62,093 nt of DNA from an uncultured bacterium (GCA_965372795.1 CBDVDR010000020.1:1-62093); one strand, 5' to 3'; positions 30,330 to 39,953 are shown, counted from the stretch's first letter. A program made the numbers and translations. Notes: generated from the sequence alone by a model not told the origin.

Positions 30330-31010
30330 TTATTTTAATAATTCATCTTCCCACTTTTTTTGACTTTCATTCAATTCTATAACAATATCATCTAACTCAT
30401 TATATTCTATAAATATCTTGTTATATTCTGATACATCCAGAATTGGTTTTAATGTTGGACCGATTACATACAGTATTTTCATTGACATAATCATTAGTCT
30501 TATTAAAATTTGTCCCAATGATAATATTAACATGTCATCTATTACTGGATTCATTCTTGAAACAGAAGAACATTTCTCTACAAACCGTGAATTAGCATGA
30601 GTTACATCACTCCAATCAGAATATGTGTCCTCCCAAGTAGGTATCCCTTGACTTTCAAAGAATTTACCAATAGTCTGGGGTCTAATTTCTTTGCCTCTTA
30701 ACCATTTTTCATATTCATCGCTGTTTTTTGAAAGATAAAAGAATAGGTGAGCATATTCCAAATACCACCTTAGCAAAACGATAGATTCAGAAATGTTACC
30801 ATTCTTTAGAATTAATATAATTGCATCTGTTGATTCGTAGCTTATTCGATTAAACTGCAGTGCCGTTTCAATAAAATTGTCATTTTTGTGGCCGTTCTCT
30901 TTAATAATTTTGGATAGAGTTTTTCCACATAAATTTGTTAGTTTCTTAATTCTTTCTACTGTCTCAACCAATTCAGAAAGTTCAGATTGAAGTATTTTTT
31001 CAAATTTCAT
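30330..31010 (-). CDS. Hypothetical protein, DUF5677-like (array 1 cargo)
   Basis: LLRWYLE and Y..WSDVTHAN motifs; start at MKFEKIL behind AGAAGGAAAG. Confidence 0.6.
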   Translation of the reverse strand: MKFEKILQSELSELVETVERIKKLTNLCGKTLSKIIKENGHKNDNFIETALQFNRISYESTDAIILILKNGNISESIVLLRWYLEYAHLFFYLSKNSDEYEKWLRGKEIRPQTIGKFFESQGIPTWEDTYSDWSDVTHANSRFVEKCSSVSRMNPVIDDMLILSLGQILIRLMIMSMKILYVIGPTLKPILDVSEYNKIFIEYNELDDIVIELNESQKKWEDELLK

Positions 31011-31038
31011 TTCTTTCCTTCTTTCAAAAACTACTATT

Positions 31039-31959
31039 TTAATTTTCAAGCATCGAAAACAGTGAAACTATATGTTCTTCTTCTTTTTCAAAACATGTAT
31101 GCAATTTGTAGTCGGAGATTATAGCTTCTAGAAAGTCTCTTCTTCCATGTGCTACAAATCGTTTTGCTCGTTTAATCATTCCTGAACCAAGTTGAATAAG
31201 GAATTCAGGTGGAAGCGTTTTACTAATGGATTTGTCCGTTGCAACGACCATAATCCTTCCTGATATTGGAAAGATGAACTCATTTAAACACCTTTTTAGA
31301 TCATGGTCATATACACTTCTTGTCACAATTGGATTGTCACCGACTAAATTCCAATTACTCCCATCACCAGCATATAAAAACTTCCAATTTCGTAATTGAT
31401 CTGACCAATTTTTCTCAATAAACGGTGCAAAAGGTGCTATCAACCTTGTGTTTTTTTTGAAAGCTGGTGACTCTCTGAGCTTAGCTTTTACTTCCTCAGG
31501 AGCATCTTGTCCTTGCTTATCTGTCAAGGAAACAAATGGTAGCTCACCATTCATATTGAATATTTCATTTGACAACTTATCTATATGTTTAGAATTACTC
31601 GGTAATCTCCAATGAAGAATTAGCAGAAAATTGAATAGATGCATTTTATCAGGAAGTTCAATTGCTTTTTGGGGTTGTGATTCTCGAATTCTATCAAGTG
31701 TTTTCCAAAAACTATTCTCGGTTTTTGTATATAGTTTTTCCAAAGAGTCTGATTTCTCACCATTCTCAAGAACAATGGTATTCAGATCGTTCATAAAAAA
31801 TAAATTACCAGGCGGCAATGGATCCGGTAAAATTCTGTCTTCTTGTTTGTCATAGACATATAGAAGATTTTGAGAATTTGTAAAACCCTCAAGGTAATAT
31901 CTGGGTAAATAATGATGCTTTTTACTTCGATTATTTTTTTTAGATTTTTTCATAGTCAT
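31039..31959 (-). CDS. DUF4238 family protein (array 1 cargo)
   Basis: N-terminal KKHHYLPRYYLEGF, later GDNPIV and FPIS motifs. Confidence 0.8.
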   Translation of the reverse strand: MTMKKSKKNNRSKKHHYLPRYYLEGFTNSQNLLYVYDKQEDRILPDPLPPGNLFFMNDLNTIVLENGEKSDSLEKLYTKTENSFWKTLDRIRESQPQKAIELPDKMHLFNFLLILHWRLPSNSKHIDKLSNEIFNMNGELPFVSLTDKQGQDAPEEVKAKLRESPAFKKNTRLIAPFAPFIEKNWSDQLRNWKFLYAGDGSNWNLVGDNPIVTRSVYDHDLKRCLNEFIFPISGRIMVVATDKSISKTLPPEFLIQLGSGMIKRAKRFVAHGRRDFLEAIISDYKLHTCFEKEEEHIVSLFSMLEN

Positions 31960-32062
31960 AATTCATTTTCCCCCGACTACCCCACCACTTGCTATGGCAT
32001 AAGTAATTATCTTCACACTTTTTCACCGAATTAATCCTCCTGCGTATTCTCATCATGTGATA

Positions 32063-32091
32063 AATATATAAAAAATAGAATAAAACATCAA
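32063..32091 (-). promoter_or_regulatory. Putative sigma70 promoter heading array 1
   Basis: Minus strand TTGATG-N17-TATATT. Confidence 0.5.
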
Positions 32092-32110
32092 CTTAATAAC
32101 ACAAGTTCAA

Positions 32111-32171
32111 GTATGGCAGCATCCCTGTGATGCTGCCAAAAAATGGCGGGATCGCAGGGATCCCGCCCTAC
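32111..32171. repeat. Inverted REP doublet (REPIN-like)
   Basis: GTAT-GGCAGCATC-CCTGT-GATGCTGCC-AAAAAAT-GGCGGGATC-GCAGG-GATCCCGCC-CTAC. Confidence 0.85.
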
Positions 32172-32190
32172 TTAAGCAATCACTCCTGTG

Positions 32191-32269
32191 CAAATTCACT
32201 ACCTAATCATTGATGATTACGATTCTATCACCCTTTATAAAAGGAGGCACGAAGAGCTATGTCCAAAAT
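32191..32269. repeat. Conserved array-leader block, copy 1
   Basis: Ungapped match to 53271..53349; the last 39 nt are 31/39 identical by manual count. Confidence 0.7.
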
Positions 32270-32346
32270 TCTAACCACAAAAATTGAGAAACCAAACTAA
32301 ATGAAAAACACAAAATGTTCCTTTAAAGTACTTTAAGTACAAAAGT

Positions 32347-32399
32347 GAGCAAACGAACCCATTTCTGCGTATTCAAATGAAGCCGTATAAGTTACATGG
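32347..32399. repeat. 53-bp conserved site, copy 1
   Basis: GAGCAAACGAACCCATTT-N4-GTA-N20-TTAC; also at 53601 and 53814. Confidence 0.75.
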
Positions 32400-32455
32400 A
32401 AAAACAATGAAGATTTGATATAAAAACACACACAATGTGTGTCACACGAAGTGTG

Positions 32456-33493
32456 CTATAGGATCAGCATTGCATCGCCATAACTATAAAACCGCATCTC
32501 GTTTTTGATCGCTTGTTCATAGGCTTCGATAATCTTCTCACGCCCTGCAAATGCTGAAATCAATATCAACAGCGAAGATTTTGGCAGATGGAAATTTGTT
32601 ACCAGATGATCGACAACTTTAAATTTATAACCCGGCTTGATATACAAATTAACCAATCCACTATGAGGTTGAATCATGTTCGATACAAACGGAGCCGACT
32701 CAATATTCCGCACTGAGGTTGTCCCGACGGCGAAAATTTTTCCTTTGTTTTGTCTGACTTTGTTAATCGTATCTGTTGCCGACTTTGTCAACTCGGCCAT
32801 TTCCGGATCAACGCTGTGATCATGAATATTATCCACCGACACCGGCTTGAATGTCCCCGGTCCGACATGAAGGGTCGTCTGCACAATCTTCACACCCTTA
32901 CTATTCAAACTATCAATTATCGGCTTTGTAAAATGAAATCCGGCTGTCGGCGCGGCAACTGCCCCGACTTTTTCTTTATCAGCAAACAGCGTTTGATACC
33001 GCCTGATATCGGAGGTCGCATCGGTCCGTTTGATATACTGTGGCAAAGGCACATGCCCGAATTTCGAAATTATTTTCTCACGCTGATTAGTCGAATCAAA
33101 TCGTATCTGCCAGCGCCCTTCCCCCAAATTTTTCAAAAGCTCCAACGAATATTTTTCAAAACAGATCCGTTCGTTTTCTTTTAACCGTCTCGAGGGTCTC
33201 GCCAAACACTCCCAAATTTCCTCCTGCGATTCTAAATTCCGTCTGACCAGAAAAATCTCAACCTCGGCTCCGCTCTCACGATTCCCGATCAGTCTCGCTT
33301 TGAAAACTTTGGTATTATTAATAACCAGCGCATCCCCTTCAGAAAGATAATTTAAAATATCTTTAAAAGGATGGATTTCAATCTCACCGCTTATCCGGTT
33401 GAGCACCATCAAACGCGATTCATCCCGTTTCTGAGTTGGAAACTGGGCGATTAGTTTATTGGGCAGCTGATAGTCGAACTTTTTAATATCCAT
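32456..33493 (-). CDS. queA: S-adenosylmethionine:tRNA ribosyltransferase-isomerase
   Basis: LIAQFP, GHVPLPQYI, AAPTAGFHF, LHVGPGTF, TNFHLPKSSL, FYSYGDAM. Confidence 0.97.
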   Translation of the reverse strand: MDIKKFDYQLPNKLIAQFPTQKRDESRLMVLNRISGEIEIHPFKDILNYLSEGDALVINNTKVFKARLIGNRESGAEVEIFLVRRNLESQEEIWECLARPSRRLKENERICFEKYSLELLKNLGEGRWQIRFDSTNQREKIISKFGHVPLPQYIKRTDATSDIRRYQTLFADKEKVGAVAAPTAGFHFTKPIIDSLNSKGVKIVQTTLHVGPGTFKPVSVDNIHDHSVDPEMAELTKSATDTINKVRQNKGKIFAVGTTSVRNIESAPFVSNMIQPHSGLVNLYIKPGYKFKVVDHLVTNFHLPKSSLLILISAFAGREKIIEAYEQAIKNEMRFYSYGDAMLIL

Positions 33494-33572
33494 AAATCGA
33501 AATGAACATAAAATTGAACGTAATACAACAATTTTTTGAGAAGATTAAAATAATCGGATAGTATCAAACAGC

Positions 33573-33866
33573 CTATGGGTGCTTTTGGAAAATGGTCAGC
33601 CGGTCAATCCAGATTTGTGCCAGACTTTTCTGTTCCATTGATAGAGATTTGGGAAGTACATCACTTTTTATATATTCTTCGAGTCCCTCAAGAGCCACTC
33701 TGGTATCTTCAACCGTTAAAATCTCTCCGGTCGACTCTTTTAATTTATCCCGAAATTTGATCGTTTCAGTGATTAATACAGCCACGGTCCCTGATGGATC
33801 AGTAGCCTTTTCAAAAATCTGTTCCCCCAACACCCGCATCATAAATTTTATCTTATCATTTGACAT
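33573..33866 (-). CDS. Hypothetical protein
   Basis: 97-aa ORF with SD AGAGGA, co-oriented between ruvB and queA. Confidence 0.6.
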   Translation of the reverse strand: MSNDKIKFMMRVLGEQIFEKATDPSGTVAVLITETIKFRDKLKESTGEILTVEDTRVALEGLEEYIKSDVLPKSLSMEQKSLAQIWIDRLTIFQKHP

Positions 33867-33987
33867 ATATTCCTCTAAGTGTAAAGCAATATATCATATC
33901 GTCATTACGCAAGATAATTCAAAAAGGATTGTCAGTTTGGGTAAGTAATTGATACTGCTTTTAAATCAATTGTTCAATTAATGAACT

Positions 33988-35016
33988 TTAGAAAAGACTT
34001 TCCTGCGATCCCTTGTCAGAAATTGTCATTCCGAGATGTTTGGCCGCGGCTGAAGATGCCATTCTACCCCGTTTTGTCCGCTGAACAAACCCGATTTTCA
34101 GAAGATACGGCTCGACCATATCGACCAGAGTATCAACTTCCTCATTCAAAGTCGCCCCAAGCGCTTCAATTCCGACCGGTCCGCCTTTGTAGTATTTGAT
34201 AATAATCTCAAGCAGCTTACGGTCGAGATCATCCAGACCAATCGAGTCGATTCCCTCGGCGTCAAGAGCTTTCACAGCCATCTCAACCGAAATTTTACCA
34301 TCCCCTTTAACTTCGCAATAATCCCGCACCCGTCTTAAAAGCCGATTAGCAATTCTTGGCGTTCCCCTTGACCGCACCGAAATCAATCCGGCGGCCTCGA
34401 TTGTAATCTCTGTTTTAAGAAGTTTCGCTGAACGAATTATAATTTCCTGAAGGTCTTCTGGAGGATAAAAATCTATATGATAGTAAAGCCCGAACCTGTC
34501 TCTTAGAGGAGCCGAAAGCATCCCGGCGCGGGTGGTAGCTCCAACTAATGTGAATCTTTGTAACGGAACATTTATTACTTTGGCAAAGGCGCCTTTATCG
34601 ACGACAAAATCAACTTTGTAATCTTCCATTGCCGGATACAAAAATTCTTCAATTACCGGCGACAACCTATGGATTTCATCAATAAACAAAACATCCGTTT
34701 CCTTGAGATTAGTCATGATCCCCATCAGATCACCGGTACGCTGCAATGCCGGACCGGAGGTGATGTATATCTTGGAACCCATCTCTTTTGCCATGATATG
34801 AGCCAGCGTAGTTTTCCCCAACCCGGGCGGACCATAAAACAAAACATGCTCAATAGCCTCATCCCGACCTTTAGCAGCTTGAATTGATACTTTAAGTTTT
34901 TCGCATAACTCTTTCTGCCCCACCAACTCATCAAGCGATTGCGGACGAAGGGATAAATTCACCGATTCTTCTTCGGGAGTGATAGGGATGGGAGATACGA
35001 TTCGTTCACGGCTCAT
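33988..35016 (-). CDS. ruvB: Holliday junction branch migration helicase RuvB
   Basis: GPPGLGKTT, FIDEIHRL, GATTRAG, RGTPRIANRLL. Confidence 0.98.
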   Translation of the reverse strand: MSRERIVSPIPITPEEESVNLSLRPQSLDELVGQKELCEKLKVSIQAAKGRDEAIEHVLFYGPPGLGKTTLAHIMAKEMGSKIYITSGPALQRTGDLMGIMTNLKETDVLFIDEIHRLSPVIEEFLYPAMEDYKVDFVVDKGAFAKVINVPLQRFTLVGATTRAGMLSAPLRDRFGLYYHIDFYPPEDLQEIIIRSAKLLKTEITIEAAGLISVRSRGTPRIANRLLRRVRDYCEVKGDGKISVEMAVKALDAEGIDSIGLDDLDRKLLEIIIKYYKGGPVGIEALGATLNEEVDTLVDMVEPYLLKIGFVQRTKRGRMASSAAAKHLGMTISDKGSQESLF

Positions 35017-35040
35017 TTATTATATCCTGATCGTGTTTTC

Positions 35041-35685
35041 TTAATTGCTATCATGTTGACTCTTGAAGATAATAGAAATCAGGTCCTCGGCGCTACTAAT
35101 TTTTGGATTAGCTTTTACCGCCTCATCAATCATTTGCACCGCCTCATGTTTTTTGTACTGAAGCTGCAGTAACACCTCAAGGGCATCCTGTTCAAACGGT
35201 ACTAACAGTTTGGAGACTTTTTCTATCGCAAGCGGTTCGCCGGTTTTCGAAAGGGCAAACTTAGCCGTTTTCCCATTTAACTCGGCTATTATCTTATCCG
35301 CCATTCTCCCCCCGACACCGGGTAATCCGGTCAGAGCCGAGGCATCTTTTATCTCAATCGCGGCGGCAATATCCTTAATCGGAATAACCAGGCATTTTAA
35401 GGCTTTTTTGACACCCATCCCGGAGACCGATGTAAACAGCGAGAAAAATTCGCGGTCGATTTCATTTAAAAACCCGACTAATCTCGGATAGTGACTCGAT
35501 TTTTTATCACCGGCTTCTATGTAGTATACCGTTTCAAAAGTAATTTCATTATTAATATGACCGTTTTCTTTTAAGCGTTGTGCTAAACCGGACGGTACCA
35601 TGATCTCATAGAATATCCCATTATTTTCAACCAGAGCTTTCTGGTCAACCACCCTGCTTAAATTTCCTTTAATCCGGCTTATCAT
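35041..35685 (-). CDS. ruvA: Holliday junction branch migration protein RuvA
   Basis: OB fold, SVSGMGVKKAL, LPGVGGRMADKII; lies between ruvC and ruvB. Confidence 0.93.
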   Translation of the reverse strand: MISRIKGNLSRVVDQKALVENNGIFYEIMVPSGLAQRLKENGHINNEITFETVYYIEAGDKKSSHYPRLVGFLNEIDREFFSLFTSVSGMGVKKALKCLVIPIKDIAAAIEIKDASALTGLPGVGGRMADKIIAELNGKTAKFALSKTGEPLAIEKVSKLLVPFEQDALEVLLQLQYKKHEAVQMIDEAVKANPKISSAEDLISIIFKSQHDSN

Positions 35686-36176
35686 TGCGGCACCATCTTA
35701 TCAACCGTAACAGCCCGACAATGACACAAAGCGACCGCCAAGGCATCGGCAATATCCGGCGGTTCGGGCACCTCAGCCAATCCAAAAGTCGAGCAGACCA
35801 TTAATTGCATCTGTCGTTTTGGGGCTCTTCCATTTCCGGTCAGCGATTTTTTTATTCGGGTTGAAGCATATGGTGTTACCGGAATACCGACCTCGGCAGC
35901 TTTCAGGAAAATAATCCCTCGGGCATGCCCCATTATAATTGAAATCTTGGGATGGTCATAATGCGAATACAAATCCTCAACCGCAACCGAATCCGGTTTG
36001 AACTGGGATATGATTTCATCAAGTTGCGTTGAAATTTCAAGCAGCCTTATTTCCATTTTATCTTTTGGTTTGGTGCGAATTACTCCGGCTTCAACAATAG
36101 CCATTTCGCCATTGTTAGAATCGATAATACTGTAGCCGGTTATATGTAATCCGGGATCTATTCCAAGTACTCGCAT
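35682..36176 (-). CDS. ruvC: Crossover junction endodeoxyribonuclease RuvC
   Basis: LGIDPG, AVED, TGNGRA.K, DIADALAVA. Confidence 0.96.
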   Translation of the reverse strand: MRVLGIDPGLHITGYSIIDSNNGEMAIVEAGVIRTKPKDKMEIRLLEISTQLDEIISQFKPDSVAVEDLYSHYDHPKISIIMGHARGIIFLKAAEVGIPVTPYASTRIKKSLTGNGRAPKRQMQLMVCSTFGLAEVPEPPDIADALAVALCHCRAVTVDKMVPQ

Positions 36177-36247
36177 AACTGTTAGATAGCTGTTTTGCTT
36201 TCAGAATCAATTAAAAAAGGTGAATTCCATCAAATTGTGATTGAAAT

Positions 36248-37030
36248 TTATATAAGACTTGTTAAAGCTTCTACCGAATCAATTACCAGGTCAGGCTTAA
36301 TTTCTGATTTTGCCACTAACTCTTTTCGGTATTTTCCGGTCTTGACCATTATCCCCATACATCCAGCTCCTTGCGCACCACCCACATCGTTAATAATATC
36401 ATCACCGATCATAGCAACCTCGGCTGGTTCGAGCCCAATATGTTCAAGCGCCATATTGAAAAACTGAACCGATGGCTTTCCAAAAACTAACGCCTCCTGT
36501 GAAGTCACATATTCCAGCCCGGCTACAAACGCCCCAATATCCATTCTGAGCCCGTCGGGCATCTGCCAGAAACGACCTTTATGAAGTGCCAACAATTTAG
36601 CCCCTCCCAAAATCATCCGGAAAGCATCATTCATCACATCATAGTTCCAATCCTGCTTGGCAAAATCTCCAATAACCACAAAATCCGGATTTATACTGTT
36701 CTCTCTGAATTCTGAAAAATCCTGTTTTGGATCATCAGTCAAAAGGAAATGACAGGTGATATGATCACCTTGTTTCACTCTTTTCCTTAAGTAGGCAACT
36801 GCGGCTATAGTAGGAAATATTATCTCATCTTTTTCAATCGGCAGTTCAAGTTTGATTAGTTTCTCATACATTGATTCATGAGATTTGGTTGTTGTATTGG
36901 TTAGAAACCGACAGGGTATATTTTTATTTTTTAGATACTTAATACAAGCGACGGCACCATCAATCGGGCTATCGCCCATATAAAGAGTGCCGTCAAGATC
37001 GAACAAAAAACCTTTAATATTGCTTAACAA
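36248..37030 (-). CDS. HAD-IIA family hydrolase
   Basis: FDLDGTL, LTNTT, GKPS, IGDDIINDV, VKTGKY; TTG start. Confidence 0.9.
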   Translation of the reverse strand: MLSNIKGFLFDLDGTLYMGDSPIDGAVACIKYLKNKNIPCRFLTNTTTKSHESMYEKLIKLELPIEKDEIIFPTIAAVAYLRKRVKQGDHITCHFLLTDDPKQDFSEFRENSINPDFVVIGDFAKQDWNYDVMNDAFRMILGGAKLLALHKGRFWQMPDGLRMDIGAFVAGLEYVTSQEALVFGKPSVQFFNMALEHIGLEPAEVAMIGDDIINDVGGAQGAGCMGIMVKTGKYRKELVAKSEIKPDLVIDSVEALTSLI

Positions 37031-37050
37031 ATTATTTCCTAACTATCAAA

Positions 37051-37803
37051 TTAGGCAAACAATTTTTCTAAAAGTGCTGTATCAATATCAAAGTTAGTAT
37101 AAATCTTCTGAATATCTTCGTTGTCTTCGAGAATATCATACAGCTTTAGCATTGAACTGGCTTCTGATTCCTTCTCAATTTTTACCGTATTAGTTGGACG
37201 CATCAGAACCTCAGCCGACACCATCGGGATGCCCTTAGCTTCGATGGCCGAGCGAACATTATCAATTTCAGCCGGATCGCAAAGAACTTCAAATGAACCT
37301 GAATCAGAAATTATATCCTCGGCGCCGCCTTCGATTGCAACATCCATAAGAGTATCCTCATCAGTAGCATCAAGTTCAACGGTTATGACGCCGCTTTTTT
37401 CAAACATCCATCCGACACAGCCGTTTGACCCAAGATTCCCGCCATACTTTGATAAGGCATGTCTTATCTCGGCAACGGTGCGATTTTTGTTATCAGTTAG
37501 AACTTCCATATAGATTGCCGAACCACCGGGACCATAACCTTCATAAACGATAGATTCGTAAACAACTCCGGGAAGCTCGCCAATACCTTTTAAGATACCG
37601 CGTTTAATATTATCAGCCGGCATATTACTGCTTTTGGCCGTGGCGATAGCAGTTCTCAAGCGTGGATTTGTTTCGGGGTCTCCTCCACCTTCACGGGCAG
37701 CAATAGTAATTTCTTTAATTAAGCGGGTAAAGATTTTACCGCGTTCAACATCAGCTTTACCTTTTTTCCGTTTTATAGTCGACCATTTCGAATGTCCGGA
37801 CAT
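37051..37803 (-). CDS. yebC: YebC/PmpR family protein
   Basis: MSGHSKWSTIK, YEGYGPGG, TDNKNRT. Confidence 0.96.
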   Translation of the reverse strand: MSGHSKWSTIKRKKGKADVERGKIFTRLIKEITIAAREGGGDPETNPRLRTAIATAKSSNMPADNIKRGILKGIGELPGVVYESIVYEGYGPGGSAIYMEVLTDNKNRTVAEIRHALSKYGGNLGSNGCVGWMFEKSGVITVELDATDEDTLMDVAIEGGAEDIISDSGSFEVLCDPAEIDNVRSAIEAKGIPMVSAEVLMRPTNTVKIEKESEASSMLKLYDILEDNEDIQKIYTNFDIDTALLEKLFA

Positions 37804-37958
37804 TTAACTTCCTCCTGATCTATCTCTAATATTCAAATCCAAACTTATAATATTATAAATAAATTTAATCAAATTCATGATATTTGGCAAGTGTCTGGTT
37901 CAAGAGAAATCATCAAAAATTAGTTGTGTTTATCTGACATAACCGATTCTTTCAATTT

Positions 37959-38294
37959 ATGGCTTCAATATTTAGAAAAATAATCAATCGGGAGATTCCG
38001 GCGAAGATTTTCTATGAAACTGATGAAGTGATCGTTATCGCCGATCATCGTCCAAAAGACAAAATCCACCTTCTTTTAATTCCCAAGATCGAAACCCTAA
38101 ATTTTTATAAAACCGGTCAGGAAACTCTAAGCATGCTTGATGCGACCGTTAAAATTGTGGCAGAAAAACTGCACCTCGAAAGTCATTTCAGGATTTTGAT
38201 AAATAATGGCTATGGACAGGAAGTTGATCACATACATTATCATTTTCTATCTAACCGGGAATCAGAATATTTGAAGTATATTGAAATTACTTAG
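37959..38294 (+). CDS. HIT family protein
   Basis: SIFRKII..EIPA, HLLLIPK, GQEVDHIHYH. Confidence 0.9.
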   Translation: MASIFRKIINREIPAKIFYETDEVIVIADHRPKDKIHLLLIPKIETLNFYKTGQETLSMLDATVKIVAEKLHLESHFRILINNGYGQEVDHIHYHFLSNRESEYLKYIEIT

Positions 38295-38310
38295 AAAATA
38301 AGTATAGAAG

Positions 38311-39099
38311 TTAATGCTTAGCTTCTTTATGCCTAAAACCCCATAACACCGCCCACCAAAACAGACCAGCCCAAACTGATAAAACTGCCGTTATGAATCC
38401 TAAAAACAGATAGTAACCTGCAAAAATTTTCCAGCTGAAAATATAATTGTAAAATGAAATCGCAACAAAGGTAAGCATAACTGTAAACCCCATACACCCA
38501 AACCAATACTTTAGCTTTTCAGCCTTATTGCGTTGTACTGCTACCACTTGCCTGCTGACTATATTTTTATCGAATAACAAATAGTACAGGAGCACCAGCC
38601 CTCCGCTGAGTGAACTTAGATGCTGAATGATGCGACAAATCTTCCTTGAAGTTCCGAATAATGTAATTGATTCATTTAATATTGGATAAGCTTGCACAAT
38701 GGCACCATCCGGATGAGTAATTGAATCCCAGCCAAAGTGACTTAAGGCTCCGATAAGCACCGAAACAACAAGCACAAACCAATCCCTACTCCCCTGTATC
38801 GTCCACTTTGATTTAGCTAATCCGGCAAGCGATTTATCCAGAGGAGACGGAAGATGCGTTATAAAGGGCTTTTTGAACCAGTTATGAAAAACAAAGCTGA
38901 AGATAACTCCTGCCGGAAGACAAAACAGAAAAAGCCCCAGCCACGTATGGCTGAGATATCGCCACTCGGTTGTCAGCATCACAAAATAAATCAGGTCCGG
39001 CGCCATAGCCCCAGCCATCAATCCGCTCAAATTTACCCAATTTGGCATTATTTTTTTTAATGGTATAACAATCGCTGTATGAGAAGTTGTAAAAGGCAT
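38311..39099 (-). CDS. DUF4184 family membrane protein
   Basis: MPFT.SH, GAMAPD, SHFGWDSITH, QHLSS. Confidence 0.85.
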   Translation of the reverse strand: MPFTTSHTAIVIPLKKIMPNWVNLSGLMAGAMAPDLIYFVMLTTEWRYLSHTWLGLFLFCLPAGVIFSFVFHNWFKKPFITHLPSPLDKSLAGLAKSKWTIQGSRDWFVLVVSVLIGALSHFGWDSITHPDGAIVQAYPILNESITLFGTSRKICRIIQHLSSLSGGLVLLYYLLFDKNIVSRQVVAVQRNKAEKLKYWFGCMGFTVMLTFVAISFYNYIFSWKIFAGYYLFLGFITAVLSVWAGLFWWAVLWGFRHKEAKH

Positions 39100-39278
39100 G
39101 TTTTATTATATTGTCATAATATCAATTAGTTCAAACTAAAGATTTATATTATTTCAATTATTCTCATAAAAATGCGTAAATTAGTCATATAGATGTTGAC
39201 AACATTCAGAAAACCAATAACTTACCGATAGAATTGATCTATTTGAATTTTTTATATTTTTTGAGGAGGTGAATTACC

Positions 39279-39476
39279 CTGACTGGAGTAATAATTCGTA
39301 ACGACGAATCTTTTGAAAAAGCATTAAGAAGATTTAATAAGTTTTGTGAAAAAACTGGTATCCTCAGTGATATAAAAAAACATCAGCATTATGAAAAACC
39401 GTCCGAAGCAAAAAAACGTAAAATGGCAGCTGCCAGACGTAAATCAAGACGGAATAGAATGATGGAAACCTACTAG
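39279..39476 (+). CDS. rpsU: 30S ribosomal protein S21 with CTG start, missed by the ORF track
   Basis: (M)TGVIIRNDESFEKALRRFNKFCEKTGILSDIKKHQHYEKPSEAKKRKMAAARRKSRRNRMMETY*; SD GGAGGT 8 nt upstream; followed by yqeY. Confidence 0.93.
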   Translation: MTGVIIRNDESFEKALRRFNKFCEKTGILSDIKKHQHYEKPSEAKKRKMAAARRKSRRNRMMETY

Positions 39477-39491
39477 GCTTATATATATAAT

Positions 39492-39953
39492 ATGTCTCTT
39501 TTAAAACATATTGATGAAAATCTGATTAAGGCCCTTAAGGCCGGTGAAAAAGATAAACTCACCGTCCTTAGGGGTCTTAAATCTGACTTAAAATACAAAC
39601 AAATCGACAAAGGTGATGATCTTACAAAAGAAGAGATTATTGCTGTGCTTTCTTCCGCTGCTAAAAAAAGACGCGAATCTATCGAGCAGTATACTCTCGG
39701 GAACCGGGATGATTTAGTTAAAAAAGAATCCTTCGAGCTTGAGATCATCAAAGCCTATCTTCCTGAACAAATGAGTGAAGAAAAAGTCCGTGAAATTGTT
39801 GTCGCCGCTATTGAAGAGACCGGAGCCGATTCTCCACAGAAAATCGGACTCATCATGAAAGTTGTCATGCCTAAAGTAAAAGGGCAGGCGGATGGCAAGT
39901 TGATAAATAAAATCGCAATTGAATTACTCGCAAAAACTGACCAAAACGACTGA
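39492..39953 (+). CDS. GatB/YqeY domain protein
   Basis: KKRRESIEQY, YLPEQMSEE, VKGQADGK. Confidence 0.92.
   Translation: MSLLKHIDENLIKALKAGEKDKLTVLRGLKSDLKYKQIDKGDDLTKEEIIAVLSSAAKKRRESIEQYTLGNRDDLVKKESFELEIIKAYLPEQMSEEKVREIVVAAIEETGADSPQKIGLIMKVVMPKVKGQADGKLINKIAIELLAKTDQND

Noticed and set aside
31965..31988. Possible tRNA/tmRNA 3' end (…CCCCACCA) acting as an att site
   Set aside because: No recognisable T-arm and no second copy in the window
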